Positions 8,170 through 17,197 of a stretch of DNA of 33,347 bases are shown one piece after another (within the stretch, counting starts at the first letter, position 1; each line of letters begins with the position of its first letter). The DNA comes from Rhizobacter sp. Its GTDB lineage: Bacteria; Pseudomonadota; Gammaproteobacteria; Burkholderiales; Burkholderiaceae_C. Position numbers and translations under genes: made by a program. Location of the stretch: contig JANYBE010000136.1 of the NCBI GenBank assembly GCA_025360945.1, forward strand, positions 1 through 33,347. Direction: 5' to 3'. The notes beneath the pieces were generated by a model. It was not told the DNA's origin. It was given only the letters and a program-made list of their open reading frames with translations, and searched no databases.

Positions 8170-8695
8170 TCCAGCCCGTCGAACTGGTCCGCCGCGTTGA
8201 CGGCCGCCAACCAGCCCGCCAGTGGCGCCTGCGGATTGACGGATGGATCGAGCGCCGGAACCTGGCGCATGCCGAACGCGAACTAGCTCGAAAGCCTGGT
8301 TGACGTGTCGCAAAGCAACCCCGCGGTTTGGGGTGTGGGTGACGACGCAAGCTTGCAGCTCGGCGCGCCCCTGACTCCGCGTGCGCCATCGACAGGCGAC
8401 GGCACGCTGTCCCACACGGTGACCGCATTGACCTGGTTGAAACGAGCCGATTGCATCAGCCAGCCCTCGGCCGGCACGATGGCCTCTGTCAATAAGCTCG
8501 CGAGCTGCCAATGTGGACTGACGGGAGCAGCGCGGTGATCGGGCCGGTGATCCTCAACAGCTTCGTCGTTTCGGACTACTACTGGACCTCAACGACCGAC
8601 GTCGCCAGCGCGACGCAGGCGTGGAAGATCTACGGCTGCGATTTCGGTGTCTACATCAGGGCCAAAACCGACGTCCGCTACGCACTCGCGGTGGA
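8170..8695 (+). pseudogene. Multi-repeat DUF1566 (Lcl-like) protein remnant
   Basis: NWSAALTAANQPASGACGLTDGSSAGTWRMPNAN*LESLVDVSQSNPA (TAG at 8284-8286 where Glu is expected), then GDGTLSHTVTALTWLKRADC, then in another frame DYYWTSTTD...QAWKIYGCDFGVY...YALAV. Confidence 0.75.
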
Positions 8696-8771
8696 ACCGC
8701 CGCGCTGGTGGCGCAAATCGCGGGGCGCTGAATTGGCAAGCCGAACACCACCTCCGTCGGATCGGCGCTAG

Positions 8772-10145
8772 TTAGACGAACCCCAGGTTGCGCTGGCTCG
8801 CGTTCCAGTTGACGAGGTTGGGCAGCACAGTCAGCAGCTCGGTATTGCTGATGCCGAACCATGATCCCAGGGTGGCGGCGTACTGATCGACCGAGGTGCT
8901 GGGTAGCAGCCGGCCCTGGCCCACATCGTCCGGACCGTTGTTTGCGACCGCCGGCGCCGTGCCGTAGAAGCGACCACCGTTGACCGCGCCGCCAAGCATG
9001 AAATGCATGCTGCCCCAGCCGTGATCGGAGCCGTCGCTGCCGGTCGCGGTGCGACCGAAGTCCGACGCGGTGAAGCTCGTCACCTGGTTTGCGACACCGA
9101 GCTCGACGGTGGCGTTGTAGAACGCGCTCATCGCATCGGCGACCGTGCTCAGCAGGCCGGGATGAACCGCGTTCAGGCTGCTGTGCGTATCGAAGCCGCC
9201 GATCGACACGAAGAAGACCTGTCGCTTGGCACCGATAGCATCCGCGTTAGAGATCATGCGGGCGACGAGCTTGAGCTGGTCGGCCAGGGCGTTGCCGGTC
9301 GGGAACACCGTGGCGATCGTCGGCGCCGAAGCGAGCGCGGCCGTGAGCTGGCTGCCGGCGTCGAGCGAGCGCGCCATCACGCGGTTGTATTCGCTCTCGA
9401 ACACATCGGTGCGCGTGGCCGTCACCAGCGTCTTCAGCGCCGCCGAGCAGCTGCTCGATCCGAACAAGCTGCCCTGCGCGCCAGTGAGCGCCACCGGCCC
9501 GCTTGTCGAGACCTGGTATTGCACCGCGGTCTTGCCCGACAGGAACACCGCGTTGCCCGAGACGTTCACGCAGGTGAAGGTCGCGTTTGCGTTGCCCGCC
9601 GCGTAGAGGTCACCCATTCGACCGCCCCAGCCCGAGGTCGCGCCTTCGGGCGACGACGACTGCCACACCGATTGCTGGTCGTTGTGTGAGAACAGCTTTG
9701 GCGGCAGCGGCACCGAGGCATTCGTGTACTGCAGCTTGGTCGTTGGCCCGACCAGCGTGCCGACATTGAGCATCACGCCGAGCTTGTTCGCGGTGAACAT
9801 TGGTAGCAGGGCGCCAAGTTCAGGCGCAAGCGCGTACTGCCGACCGCTGGGCAGTGCGACGCTGGGCGCGAGCACGGTCGCGGCGAGGGCGGTCTGCAAG
9901 TAGGCCAGCGGCGGGCGCATCGCCTGGTAGGCAGCGTAGTTCGCGTTGTCGTACGGAATCAGCGTGTTGGCGTAATCGTTGCCGCCATACAAGAACACGC
10001 ATACCAGCGCTTTGTAGTCGGCTGCGGTGGCCGCGGCGGCCTCGCCGAGTGCGGCGAGGTTCAGCACCCAGGGTGCGGCGGTGCCGGCAACCGACAGGGC
10101 ACTGGCGCGTTGCAAGAAGGCACGGCGGGAAGCATTCGTGGTCAT
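8772..10145 (-). CDS. DUF1501-family Tat-exported protein
   Basis: MTTNASRRAFLQ Tat motif; DYKALVCVFLYGGND, LFSHNDQQ, GWGGR, GGFDTH, SDFGRT, GSDHGWG; GAAGGTG RBS-like sequence before ATG 10145. Confidence 0.9.
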   Translation of the reverse strand: MTTNASRRAFLQRASALSVAGTAAPWVLNLAALGEAAAATAADYKALVCVFLYGGNDYANTLIPYDNANYAAYQAMRPPLAYLQTALAATVLAPSVALPSGRQYALAPELGALLPMFTANKLGVMLNVGTLVGPTTKLQYTNASVPLPPKLFSHNDQQSVWQSSSPEGATSGWGGRMGDLYAAGNANATFTCVNVSGNAVFLSGKTAVQYQVSTSGPVALTGAQGSLFGSSSCSAALKTLVTATRTDVFESEYNRVMARSLDAGSQLTAALASAPTIATVFPTGNALADQLKLVARMISNADAIGAKRQVFFVSIGGFDTHSSLNAVHPGLLSTVADAMSAFYNATVELGVANQVTSFTASDFGRTATGSDGSDHGWGSMHFMLGGAVNGGRFYGTAPAVANNGPDDVGQGRLLPSTSVDQYAATLGSWFGISNTELLTVLPNLVNWNASQRNLGFV

Positions 10146-10155
10146 GGCGTCACCT

Positions 10156-11886
10156 TCACTTCTGAACCAGGAATTCGGGCGCGGCGAGCACCAGCACGAG
10201 CGCCGCATAGATGCGGTTGCGCCGCGTCGAGTCGGTACCGCTGGGCATGGACTGCACGGCGGTCACGAGGACGCCCATCGTCGTTGCACTCAGGCGGTTC
10301 GCGGCGAGCACGAGGTTGATCTCGGTGAGCAGGGCGTTCGAGTCGTCGGCGACCGCGAGTAGCGTCGAGTAGTCGGCGACGACATCGCCGACGCTCTGGC
10401 CGGCCACCGCGCGTTGCAGGTAGTTGATGTAGCCGACGACCGATGATTCGTTCGCAATCTGGAACTCGGGCGCGACCATCGCGGCGGCGTCGAACGCGGT
10501 GTTCGGCGGCACATAGCCGGGCCGGAAGAAGTTGAACACCGAGGGCGAGCGCAGCGGGCTCTGTGCGAGACGCGTCGCCGGGTCAGAGGTGTTGCCGATC
10601 GCCCAGGCGTTGCTCGCCGAGGCGACGCCATAGGCGCGCGCCCAGGCGGTGAAGCGCAGCATCGGTTCGCGCAGCTTGCCGTAGCCCGCGGTCGCTGCCG
10701 CACTCGCGCTGCGCGCTTCATCGTCGAGCAGCACGGCCGTGATCACGGCCTTCAGATCGCCCTTGACGCCACTGCCGTTGTTATTGAAGACCGTGGCAAC
10801 CCGGGTGACATAGGCGCCGCTCGGGTTGCTGGTGACGAGCCGCTGGATCAGCTGTCGGCTGAAGAACGGTGCGACGTTGGCGTGCGCGAAGATCGCGTCG
10901 AGCGCCTGCGTCAGGCCGGTCGCGGCGTCGGTGCTGGCGGCGATCGTCGTGCCGAGGAAGGTCTTCGCCCCGGTCTCGTAGCGGCTCGCAACCTGCACCA
11001 ACGGCTTGCGGATGAAGTCGGGCGTCGCAGTGGCCGTGGCGGCGGGCTGGCCGCCGAGATCGAAGTCCCAGCCTGTGAAAACCCGGGCCAGTCCGGTGAT
11101 GTCGGTCTGGGCATAGGTGTAGGTCGTGCTGCCGGCGGTGAGCGTCGGCGTGCCGTCGAGGTTGAGCTGCACCAGACCGATCGTGAACAGCTGCATCAGC
11201 TCGCGAGCGTAGTTCTCGTCGGGCAAGGCGCCGGTGGTGTTGGCCTTGGCGCTGCCCCGAAAGGTCAGGAACTGGCCCATCGCCGGGCTCTGCGAAATCT
11301 GCTGCAACAGCGTGCGGTGGTTGGCGAACGCGTTGGCTTCGAGCAGATCGAGGTAGGCGGCCGCGGCGAACTGCTTCCAGCCGCCACCGATCAGGCCATC
11401 GATCGCGGCGACGAAGATTTCCGAGAGCGCGAGCGTGACGCGCTGGCGCAGCGTGTCGGGCGAGCCCAGCAGCTTGCTCCATGCGGCCGAGTCGAAACCA
11501 GCCTCGTCGTTCTTGTGCGAGATGTCGGCGTAGCCCGCCGCGACCAGCCGGTCCCAGCGCGTGCCCGAGGCTGGTAGTGCGAACTGCTCAGCGAGCCAGC
11601 CGGCGTAGCCCAGCGTCTGCACGCTCGCGATCTGCGCGCGGTCCGCGCCCATCGAGGCTTGGGCGAGGAAGCGCGAGGCTTCGGCGCCGCTGGGGGTGGC
11701 CGGAGGTGGCGCAGGGGTCGGCGCCGGTGCGGGCGCATCACCACCACCGCCGCCACCACAGGCCGCCAGTGCCATCAGCGAGGCGATCGCAGCGAGCGAG
11801 GCGGCCGACGTAGCCAGCAGTGGCGCTGACTCAGGCGAAGGCGCGGCCGGAGGCGCATCGAGTTCACAGACCGGGGGTGCACTCAT
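10156..11886 (-). CDS. DUF1800-family protein, probable lipoprotein
   Basis: LAACGGGGGG lipobox plus Pro linker; ASRFLAQA, LRQRVTLALSEIFV, PDENYARELMQLFTIGL, LIQRLVTSNPS, GKLREP, SPSVFNFFRPGY, PEFQI. Confidence 0.92.
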   Translation of the reverse strand: MSAPPVCELDAPPAAPSPESAPLLATSAASLAAIASLMALAACGGGGGGDAPAPAPTPAPPPATPSGAEASRFLAQASMGADRAQIASVQTLGYAGWLAEQFALPASGTRWDRLVAAGYADISHKNDEAGFDSAAWSKLLGSPDTLRQRVTLALSEIFVAAIDGLIGGGWKQFAAAAYLDLLEANAFANHRTLLQQISQSPAMGQFLTFRGSAKANTTGALPDENYARELMQLFTIGLVQLNLDGTPTLTAGSTTYTYAQTDITGLARVFTGWDFDLGGQPAATATATPDFIRKPLVQVASRYETGAKTFLGTTIAASTDAATGLTQALDAIFAHANVAPFFSRQLIQRLVTSNPSGAYVTRVATVFNNNGSGVKGDLKAVITAVLLDDEARSASAAATAGYGKLREPMLRFTAWARAYGVASASNAWAIGNTSDPATRLAQSPLRSPSVFNFFRPGYVPPNTAFDAAAMVAPEFQIANESSVVGYINYLQRAVAGQSVGDVVADYSTLLAVADDSNALLTEINLVLAANRLSATTMGVLVTAVQSMPSGTDSTRRNRIYAALVLVLAAPEFLVQK

Positions 11887-11981
11887 CGGGTCGTCTCCTT
11901 GTGTGGTTGCACAATTTCAACGCGCCAGCGCCGATTCGGTTCGCCGCCGCTCGGTAAAGTCAGGTAAACGAATGAACACGG

Positions 11982-12641
11982 ATGAAACTTTCCCAGTCCT
12001 TGTACGCCGCCATCGTCGACCTCGACGGCACGATGATCGACACCCTCGGTGACTTCGTCGTCGTGCTCAACCGCGTGCTGAGCGAGCTCGCGCTGGGCCC
12101 AGTTGAGCGCGCGTTCGTCGAGCACACCGTCGGCAAAGGGTCGGAGCACTTGATTCGCAACACGCTTGCCCACGTCGGCGCCGACGCGCTGCTGTACGCG
12201 CAGGCCTGGGCGCTGTACCAGCACCACTACCGTGAAGTGAACGGCGAGCACGCGAGTGTGTACCCGGGCGTCATCGAAGGGCTGGCGGCGCTGAAGGCGC
12301 GCGGCCTCAGGCTTGCCTGCCTGACCAACAAGCCGACCGCTTTCGCGCTGCCGCTGCTGCGTCAGAAGGGGTTGGACGGATTCTTCAGTGTCGTCTTTGG
12401 CGGCGACTCGTTCGAGCGCAAGAAGCCCGACCCGTTGCCGCTGGTCAAGACCTGCGCGGCGCTTGGCGCCGCACCGGCGCACACGCTGATGGTCGGCGAT
12501 TCAAGCAACGACGCGCGTGCCGCGCGTGCAGCCGGCTGCCCGGTCGTGCTGGTGAGCTACGGCTACAACCACGGCGAGCCGGTGCACGCGGTCGATGCCG
12601 ACGGCGTGATCGATCGACTCGATCAGCTGGATCGGTTCTAG
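11982..12641 (+). CDS. gph: Phosphoglycolate phosphatase (HAD family)
   Basis: DLDGTMIDT, LTNKP, KKPDPLPL, MVGDSSND, YGYNHG; upstream of trpE as expected. Confidence 0.93.
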   Translation: MKLSQSLYAAIVDLDGTMIDTLGDFVVVLNRVLSELALGPVERAFVEHTVGKGSEHLIRNTLAHVGADALLYAQAWALYQHHYREVNGEHASVYPGVIEGLAALKARGLRLACLTNKPTAFALPLLRQKGLDGFFSVVFGGDSFERKKPDPLPLVKTCAALGAAPAHTLMVGDSSNDARAARAAGCPVVLVSYGYNHGEPVHAVDADGVIDRLDQLDRF

Positions 12642-13243
12642 CCCGCGTCGCGCGAGACGCTGAGCTTGCCGAGCAGTGCGTCCTTCAGTTGCGCGTCGGC
12701 CGGCGACTTGCCGAACCAGATCTTCATCAGCGCCGAATAGAACTCCGGCTCCTTGATCGGCGCGCCTTCGGGCTTGCCGTTGACCGAGATCACGGTGCCG
12801 GTGCCCGGCACCCATTCGACCGCGAACGAATCGCCCGCGAGGAGCTTCTTGCGGCTCGAGAAGATGTCGCTCATGCGCATGATGCCGGCAATTGACTTCG
12901 AGAATTCCTCGCGCGGCGCGTTTTGCTCCATACCTTTCGTGAACAGCTTGCCGAGCTCGTTCGCATCGATCTCGCGCAACATCACGATCTGCAGATGGCG
13001 CGGCCCGGGCGCGGCGAGCACGGCCTCGGGTGTGGTCGCCTTGTCGGTGAGATAGAGCGCGGCGGCGTAGACCTTGAACACGACCTTGTAGCGAACCCCG
13101 GCACCGTTGAGCTGGAGCCGGGTGTTGCCGACCTGCAAGGTGTTGGCGAACTTGACACCGGCCACCTCGGTTGTCTGGGCATGGCCGACGAACGGCATGG
13201 CGAGGGCTGCCGCCAGAGCGGTCAGGGCGATGAATCGACGCAT
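12638..13243 (-). CDS. Chalcone-isomerase-like secreted protein
   Basis: Signal peptide ending AHA/AQ; LQLNGAGVRYKVVFKVYAAALYL, EFYSALMKIWFG...LKDALLG. Confidence 0.88.
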   Translation of the reverse strand: MRRFIALTALAAALAMPFVGHAQTTEVAGVKFANTLQVGNTRLQLNGAGVRYKVVFKVYAAALYLTDKATTPEAVLAAPGPRHLQIVMLREIDANELGKLFTKGMEQNAPREEFSKSIAGIMRMSDIFSSRKKLLAGDSFAVEWVPGTGTVISVNGKPEGAPIKEPEFYSALMKIWFGKSPADAQLKDALLGKLSVSRDAG

Positions 13244-13367
13244 GGGGGCTCCCAGAGAACGGTGGCGGATGCTAGTGCGTCAGCGCCATGGACGGATCGG
13301 GCCCGTCAGCGGCGAAACGACAATAGTTCACAGTTTCGGCACCGGCGTGGTCCGACTTGAGGCCTGC

Positions 13368-13373
13368 TACACT
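13368..13373 (+). promoter_or_regulatory. Candidate -10 box (TACACT) of the trp leader/trpE promoter
   Basis: TGCTACACT extended -10-like element 7 nt before ATG 13381, consistent with a leaderless transcript. Confidence 0.55.
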
Positions 13374-13380
13374 TTTATCG

Positions 13381-13446
13381 ATGTTCACACCGCGCAATCT
13401 CACAGCAGGGTCGATCGACCGGGGAGCCTGGCCCTGGCGGGGCTGA
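13381..13446 (+). CDS. Putative Trp leader peptide MFTPRNLTAGSIDRGAWPWRG
   Basis: 21-codon uORF with two TGG codons near its stop, ending 149 nt upstream of trpE. Confidence 0.65.
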   Translation: MFTPRNLTAGSIDRGAWPWRG

Positions 13447-13595
13447 GCCGTTCGCGCTGAACGTTGCACGTTCGAGCGCCTGAGTGTTGCTGCGGTCGGC
13501 GGCGTGCCTGGTGAACAGCACGCGACGCCGACTCCACCGGTGGCTGCCAGAGCAGCCCCAATTCATCTACCGGCCCGTGGAAGGCCCTGGACATC

Positions 13596-15080
13596 ATGAT
13601 CACCGAACTCGAATTCAAAAGCCTCGCGGGCCAGGGCTTCAACCGCATCCCGCTGATCGCGGAAGCCTTCGCCGACCTCGAAACGCCGTTGTCGCTGTAC
13701 CTGAAGCTCGCCTATGCGAGTGGCGGCGGCAAGCACAGCTTCCTGTTGGAGTCGGTCGTCGGCGGCGAGCGCTTCGGGCGCTACTCGTTCATCGGCCTGC
13801 CGGCGCGCACACTGCTGCGCTCGACCGGCTTCAAGACCGAGGTCGTGACGAACGGCGCCATCGTCGAGACGCAGGAGGGCAACCCGCTCGACTTCATCGC
13901 TGCATACCAGACGCGTTTCAAGGTCGCACTCAGCCCCGGCATGCCGCGCTTTTGCGGCGGCCTGGCCGGCTACTTTGGCTACGACGCGGTGCGCTTCATC
14001 GAGCCGAAGCTCGCGAGGGCCGAGAAGACCGGTGGCATAGCCACGCCCGACATCCTGCTGCTGCAATGCGAGGAGCTCGCGGTGATTGACAACCTCTCGG
14101 GTCGCCTGTACCTGATCGTCTACGCCGACCCGAGCCAGCCCGAGGCGTATCACACGGCGAAGCGGCGACTGAGCGAGCTGGGCGACAAGCTCAAGTACAG
14201 CGTCACCGCACCGGCTGTGAAGCGCGGCGCGGCGCATGGCGTCGAGCGCGAGTTCGGTAAGGAGGCGTACATCGCCGCGGTGCTGCGTGCAAAGGAATAC
14301 ATCGCGGCCGGCGATATGATGCAGGTGCAGATCGGCCAGCGGCTGCGCAAGCGCTACACCGAGTCGCCACTGAGCCTGTACCGAGCGTTGCGCTCGCTGA
14401 ACCCGTCGCCCTATATGTACTTCTACGACATGGGCGACTTCCAGATCGTCGGCGCCTCGCCCGAGATCCTTGTGCGCCACGAGCATGCGGCGGAAGGCCA
14501 CAAGGTGACCATCCGTCCGCTCGCCGGCACGCGCCCGCGCGGTGCGACGCCCGAGCTCGACAAGGCGCTCGAGGCCGAGCTGAAGGCCGATCCGAAGGAG
14601 CGCGCCGAGCACGTGATGCTGATCGATCTGGCGCGCAACGATATCGGTCGCATCGCGAAGACCGGCACAGTCAAGGTCACCGAGGCGTTTACCGTCGAGC
14701 GCTACTCGCACGTGATGCACATCGTCAGCAATGTCGAAGGAATATTGAAGGACGGCATGACGAATCTCGACGTGCTGCGCGCGACCTTTCCGGCCGGAAC
14801 GCTGACCGGTGCGCCGAAGATCCGCGCGATGGAGATCATCGACGAGCTCGAGCCGGTGAAGCGCGGTATCTACGGTGGCGCCTGCGGCTACCTCAGCTTC
14901 GCGGGCGACATGGACGTGGCGATCGCGATCCGTACCGGCATCGTGATGGATCAGGTGCTGTACGTGCAGGCCGCGGCCGGCGTGGTCGCCGACTCGATCC
15001 CCGAGATGGAGTGGCGCGAGACCGAGGCCAAGGCGCGCGCGCTGATCCGCGCGGCCGAGCTGGTCGAGGAGGGCTTCTGA
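13596..15080 (+). CDS. trpE: Anthranilate synthase component I
   Basis: ADLETPLS, LLESVVGGE, NPSPYMY, GASPE, PLAGT, KERAEHVMLIDLARND, FPAGTLTGAPK. Confidence 0.97.
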   Translation: MITELEFKSLAGQGFNRIPLIAEAFADLETPLSLYLKLAYASGGGKHSFLLESVVGGERFGRYSFIGLPARTLLRSTGFKTEVVTNGAIVETQEGNPLDFIAAYQTRFKVALSPGMPRFCGGLAGYFGYDAVRFIEPKLARAEKTGGIATPDILLLQCEELAVIDNLSGRLYLIVYADPSQPEAYHTAKRRLSELGDKLKYSVTAPAVKRGAAHGVEREFGKEAYIAAVLRAKEYIAAGDMMQVQIGQRLRKRYTESPLSLYRALRSLNPSPYMYFYDMGDFQIVGASPEILVRHEHAAEGHKVTIRPLAGTRPRGATPELDKALEAELKADPKERAEHVMLIDLARNDIGRIAKTGTVKVTEAFTVERYSHVMHIVSNVEGILKDGMTNLDVLRATFPAGTLTGAPKIRAMEIIDELEPVKRGIYGGACGYLSFAGDMDVAIAIRTGIVMDQVLYVQAAAGVVADSIPEMEWRETEAKARALIRAAELVEEGF

Positions 15081-15081
15081 A

Positions 15082-15576
15082 ATGGGCGCCACGCTGCTGC
15101 AATCGCTGTTTTTCCAGAAAGCCGCGATCAACGAAGAGTTCTTCGCCGTGCTCGACACCGTCGCCGCCGGCGATCGCGTTGATGAGATCCGATTGATGAG
15201 CCACATCCACATCGTCGACAAGATCTTCGCAGCGCACCTGCGCGATGAGCCGCACGGGTTCGCTGCGACGAACAGGCCCGAGACACCGACGCTCGAAGCG
15301 CTGCGCGCGGCGGTGCGCGAGACTGATCGCTGGTTCATCGGGCACGCCGGCACGTTGACGCCGGCGCAGCTCGCCGAGACGGTGGCGTTCACGTTCACCG
15401 ATGGCCAGCACGGCCGCATGTCGCGCGAGGAGATCCTGGCGCACGTCATCACCCATGGCAGCTACCACCGCGGCGAGGTCGGGCGCTTGTTGAAGCACAT
15501 GTCGGTCGCCCCACCGCGTGATCTGTTCACCGCCTGGTTGCACCAGCTCGAGCCCCAGCGGCGCGTGCCGGCCTGA
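15082..15576 (+). CDS. DinB/YfiT-family putative metalloprotein
   Basis: LMSHIHIVD and HVITHGSYHRGEV His triad; FTFTDG; starts 1 nt after the trpE stop. Confidence 0.85.
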   Translation: MGATLLQSLFFQKAAINEEFFAVLDTVAAGDRVDEIRLMSHIHIVDKIFAAHLRDEPHGFAATNRPETPTLEALRAAVRETDRWFIGHAGTLTPAQLAETVAFTFTDGQHGRMSREEILAHVITHGSYHRGEVGRLLKHMSVAPPRDLFTAWLHQLEPQRRVPA

Positions 15577-15591
15577 CGCGAAGGGGCCACC

Positions 15592-16176
15592 ATGCTGCTG
15601 ATGATCGACAACTACGACTCCTTTACCTACAACCTGGTGCAGTATTTCGCCGAGCTCGGCCAGGACGTGCGGGTGTTCCGCAACGACGAAATAACGCTCG
15701 AAGGCATCACGGTGCTAAGGCCCGACAAGCTCGTGCTGTCGCCCGGCCCGTGCTCGCCGGCCGAGGCCGGCATCTGTGTCGGTGCGATCGAAGCCTTCAC
15801 CGGCAAGCTGCCCATCCTCGGCGTGTGCCTGGGCCATCAGGCGATCGGCGCCGCCTTAGGCGGCAAGGTGGTTCGCGCGAAGATGCAGATGCATGGCAAG
15901 ACCGACGTGATCACGACCGACGAGCGTGGCGTCTACACCGGACTGCCGCGTGAGTTCACGGTGATCCGCTACCACTCGCTGGTGATTGCACGCGAGAGTC
16001 TGCCATCGGTGCTCGATGTGACATCGACGTCGCAGGATGGCGAGATCATGGGGGTGCGCCACCGCGAACTCGCCGGCACGGCCACCCCCCTCGAAGGCGT
16101 GCAGTTCCACCCCGAGTCGATCCTGACCGAACACGGCCATGCGATGCTGAAGAACTTTCTGGAGCTCCGAGCATGA
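15592..16176 (+). CDS. trpG: Anthranilate synthase component II (glutamine amidotransferase)
   Basis: [39 protein letters not shown]. Confidence 0.95.
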   Translation: MLLMIDNYDSFTYNLVQYFAELGQDVRVFRNDEITLEGITVLRPDKLVLSPGPCSPAEAGICVGAIEAFTGKLPILGVCLGHQAIGAALGGKVVRAKMQMHGKTDVITTDERGVYTGLPREFTVIRYHSLVIARESLPSVLDVTSTSQDGEIMGVRHRELAGTATPLEGVQFHPESILTEHGHAMLKNFLELRA

Positions 16177-17183
16177 AGACCATTGACCTTCGCAGTGACA
16201 CGGTCACGCAGCCCACCGCGGCGATGCGGGCTGCAATGCTCGAAGCCCCGCTGGGCGACGACGTGTTCGGCGACGACCCGACCGTCAACGCGCTGCAGGA
16301 CCGCATCGCCGCGATGCTCGACAAGGAAGCCGCGCTGTTCGTGCCCAGCGGCACGCAGAGCAACCTGGTGGCCATCATGAGTCACTGTCAGCGCGGCGAC
16401 GAGTACATCGTCGGCCAGATGGCGCACACCTACCGCTGGGAAGGTGGCGGCGCGGCGGTGCTCGCCAGCGTGCAGCCGCAGCCGCTGGACCACCAGCCCG
16501 ACGGCACACTCGAGCTCGACGCCATAGCCGCTGCCGTCAAGCCCGACGACTCCCACTTCGCCCGCACGCGGCTGCTGTGCCTGGAGAACACGCTGGGCGG
16601 CAAGGCCCTGCCGCTGGAGTACATGGCGAAGGCGACCGCAGTCGCTCGCCAGCATGGGCTGGCGACCCACCTCGACGGCGCCCGGCTGTTCAACGCCGCG
16701 ATCAAACTCGGGGTCAGCGCGCACGACATCGCGGAGCATTTCGACAGCGTGTCGGTGTGCTTTTCCAAGGGGCTGGGCGCACCGGTCGGGTCGGCGCTGG
16801 TCGGATCGCGCGAGTTCATCCGCGGCGCTCACCGCTGGCGCAAGATGCTGGGCGGCGGCATGCGGCAGGCCGGCGTGCTCGCGGCTGCGGCGCGCTACGC
16901 GCTGGATCACCATGTGCAGCGGCTGGCCGACGACCACGCGCTTGCACAGCGGCTCGCCGATGGTTTGCAGGGACTGCCGGGCCTCACGATCGAGCCTCCG
17001 CAGACCAACATCGTGTTCGCCGACCTGCAGGGCCCGCGCGCGAACGGCCTGATGGGCCATCTGAAATCGCGCGGCGTGCTCGCCACCGGCCTGTATCGCC
17101 TGCGCTTCGTGACCCGCCTGGACGTCGATGCCGCCGGTGTCGACCGCGCAATCGCCGCGGTGCGCGAACACCTGACCGCCTGA
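16173..17183 (+). CDS. ltaE: Low-specificity L-threonine aldolase
   Basis: [49 protein letters not shown] (PLP Lys), GGGMRQAG. Confidence 0.93.
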   Translation: MKTIDLRSDTVTQPTAAMRAAMLEAPLGDDVFGDDPTVNALQDRIAAMLDKEAALFVPSGTQSNLVAIMSHCQRGDEYIVGQMAHTYRWEGGGAAVLASVQPQPLDHQPDGTLELDAIAAAVKPDDSHFARTRLLCLENTLGGKALPLEYMAKATAVARQHGLATHLDGARLFNAAIKLGVSAHDIAEHFDSVSVCFSKGLGAPVGSALVGSREFIRGAHRWRKMLGGGMRQAGVLAAAARYALDHHVQRLADDHALAQRLADGLQGLPGLTIEPPQTNIVFADLQGPRANGLMGHLKSRGVLATGLYRLRFVTRLDVDAAGVDRAIAAVREHLTA

Positions 17184-17197
17184 AGAGAAAGCCCACC

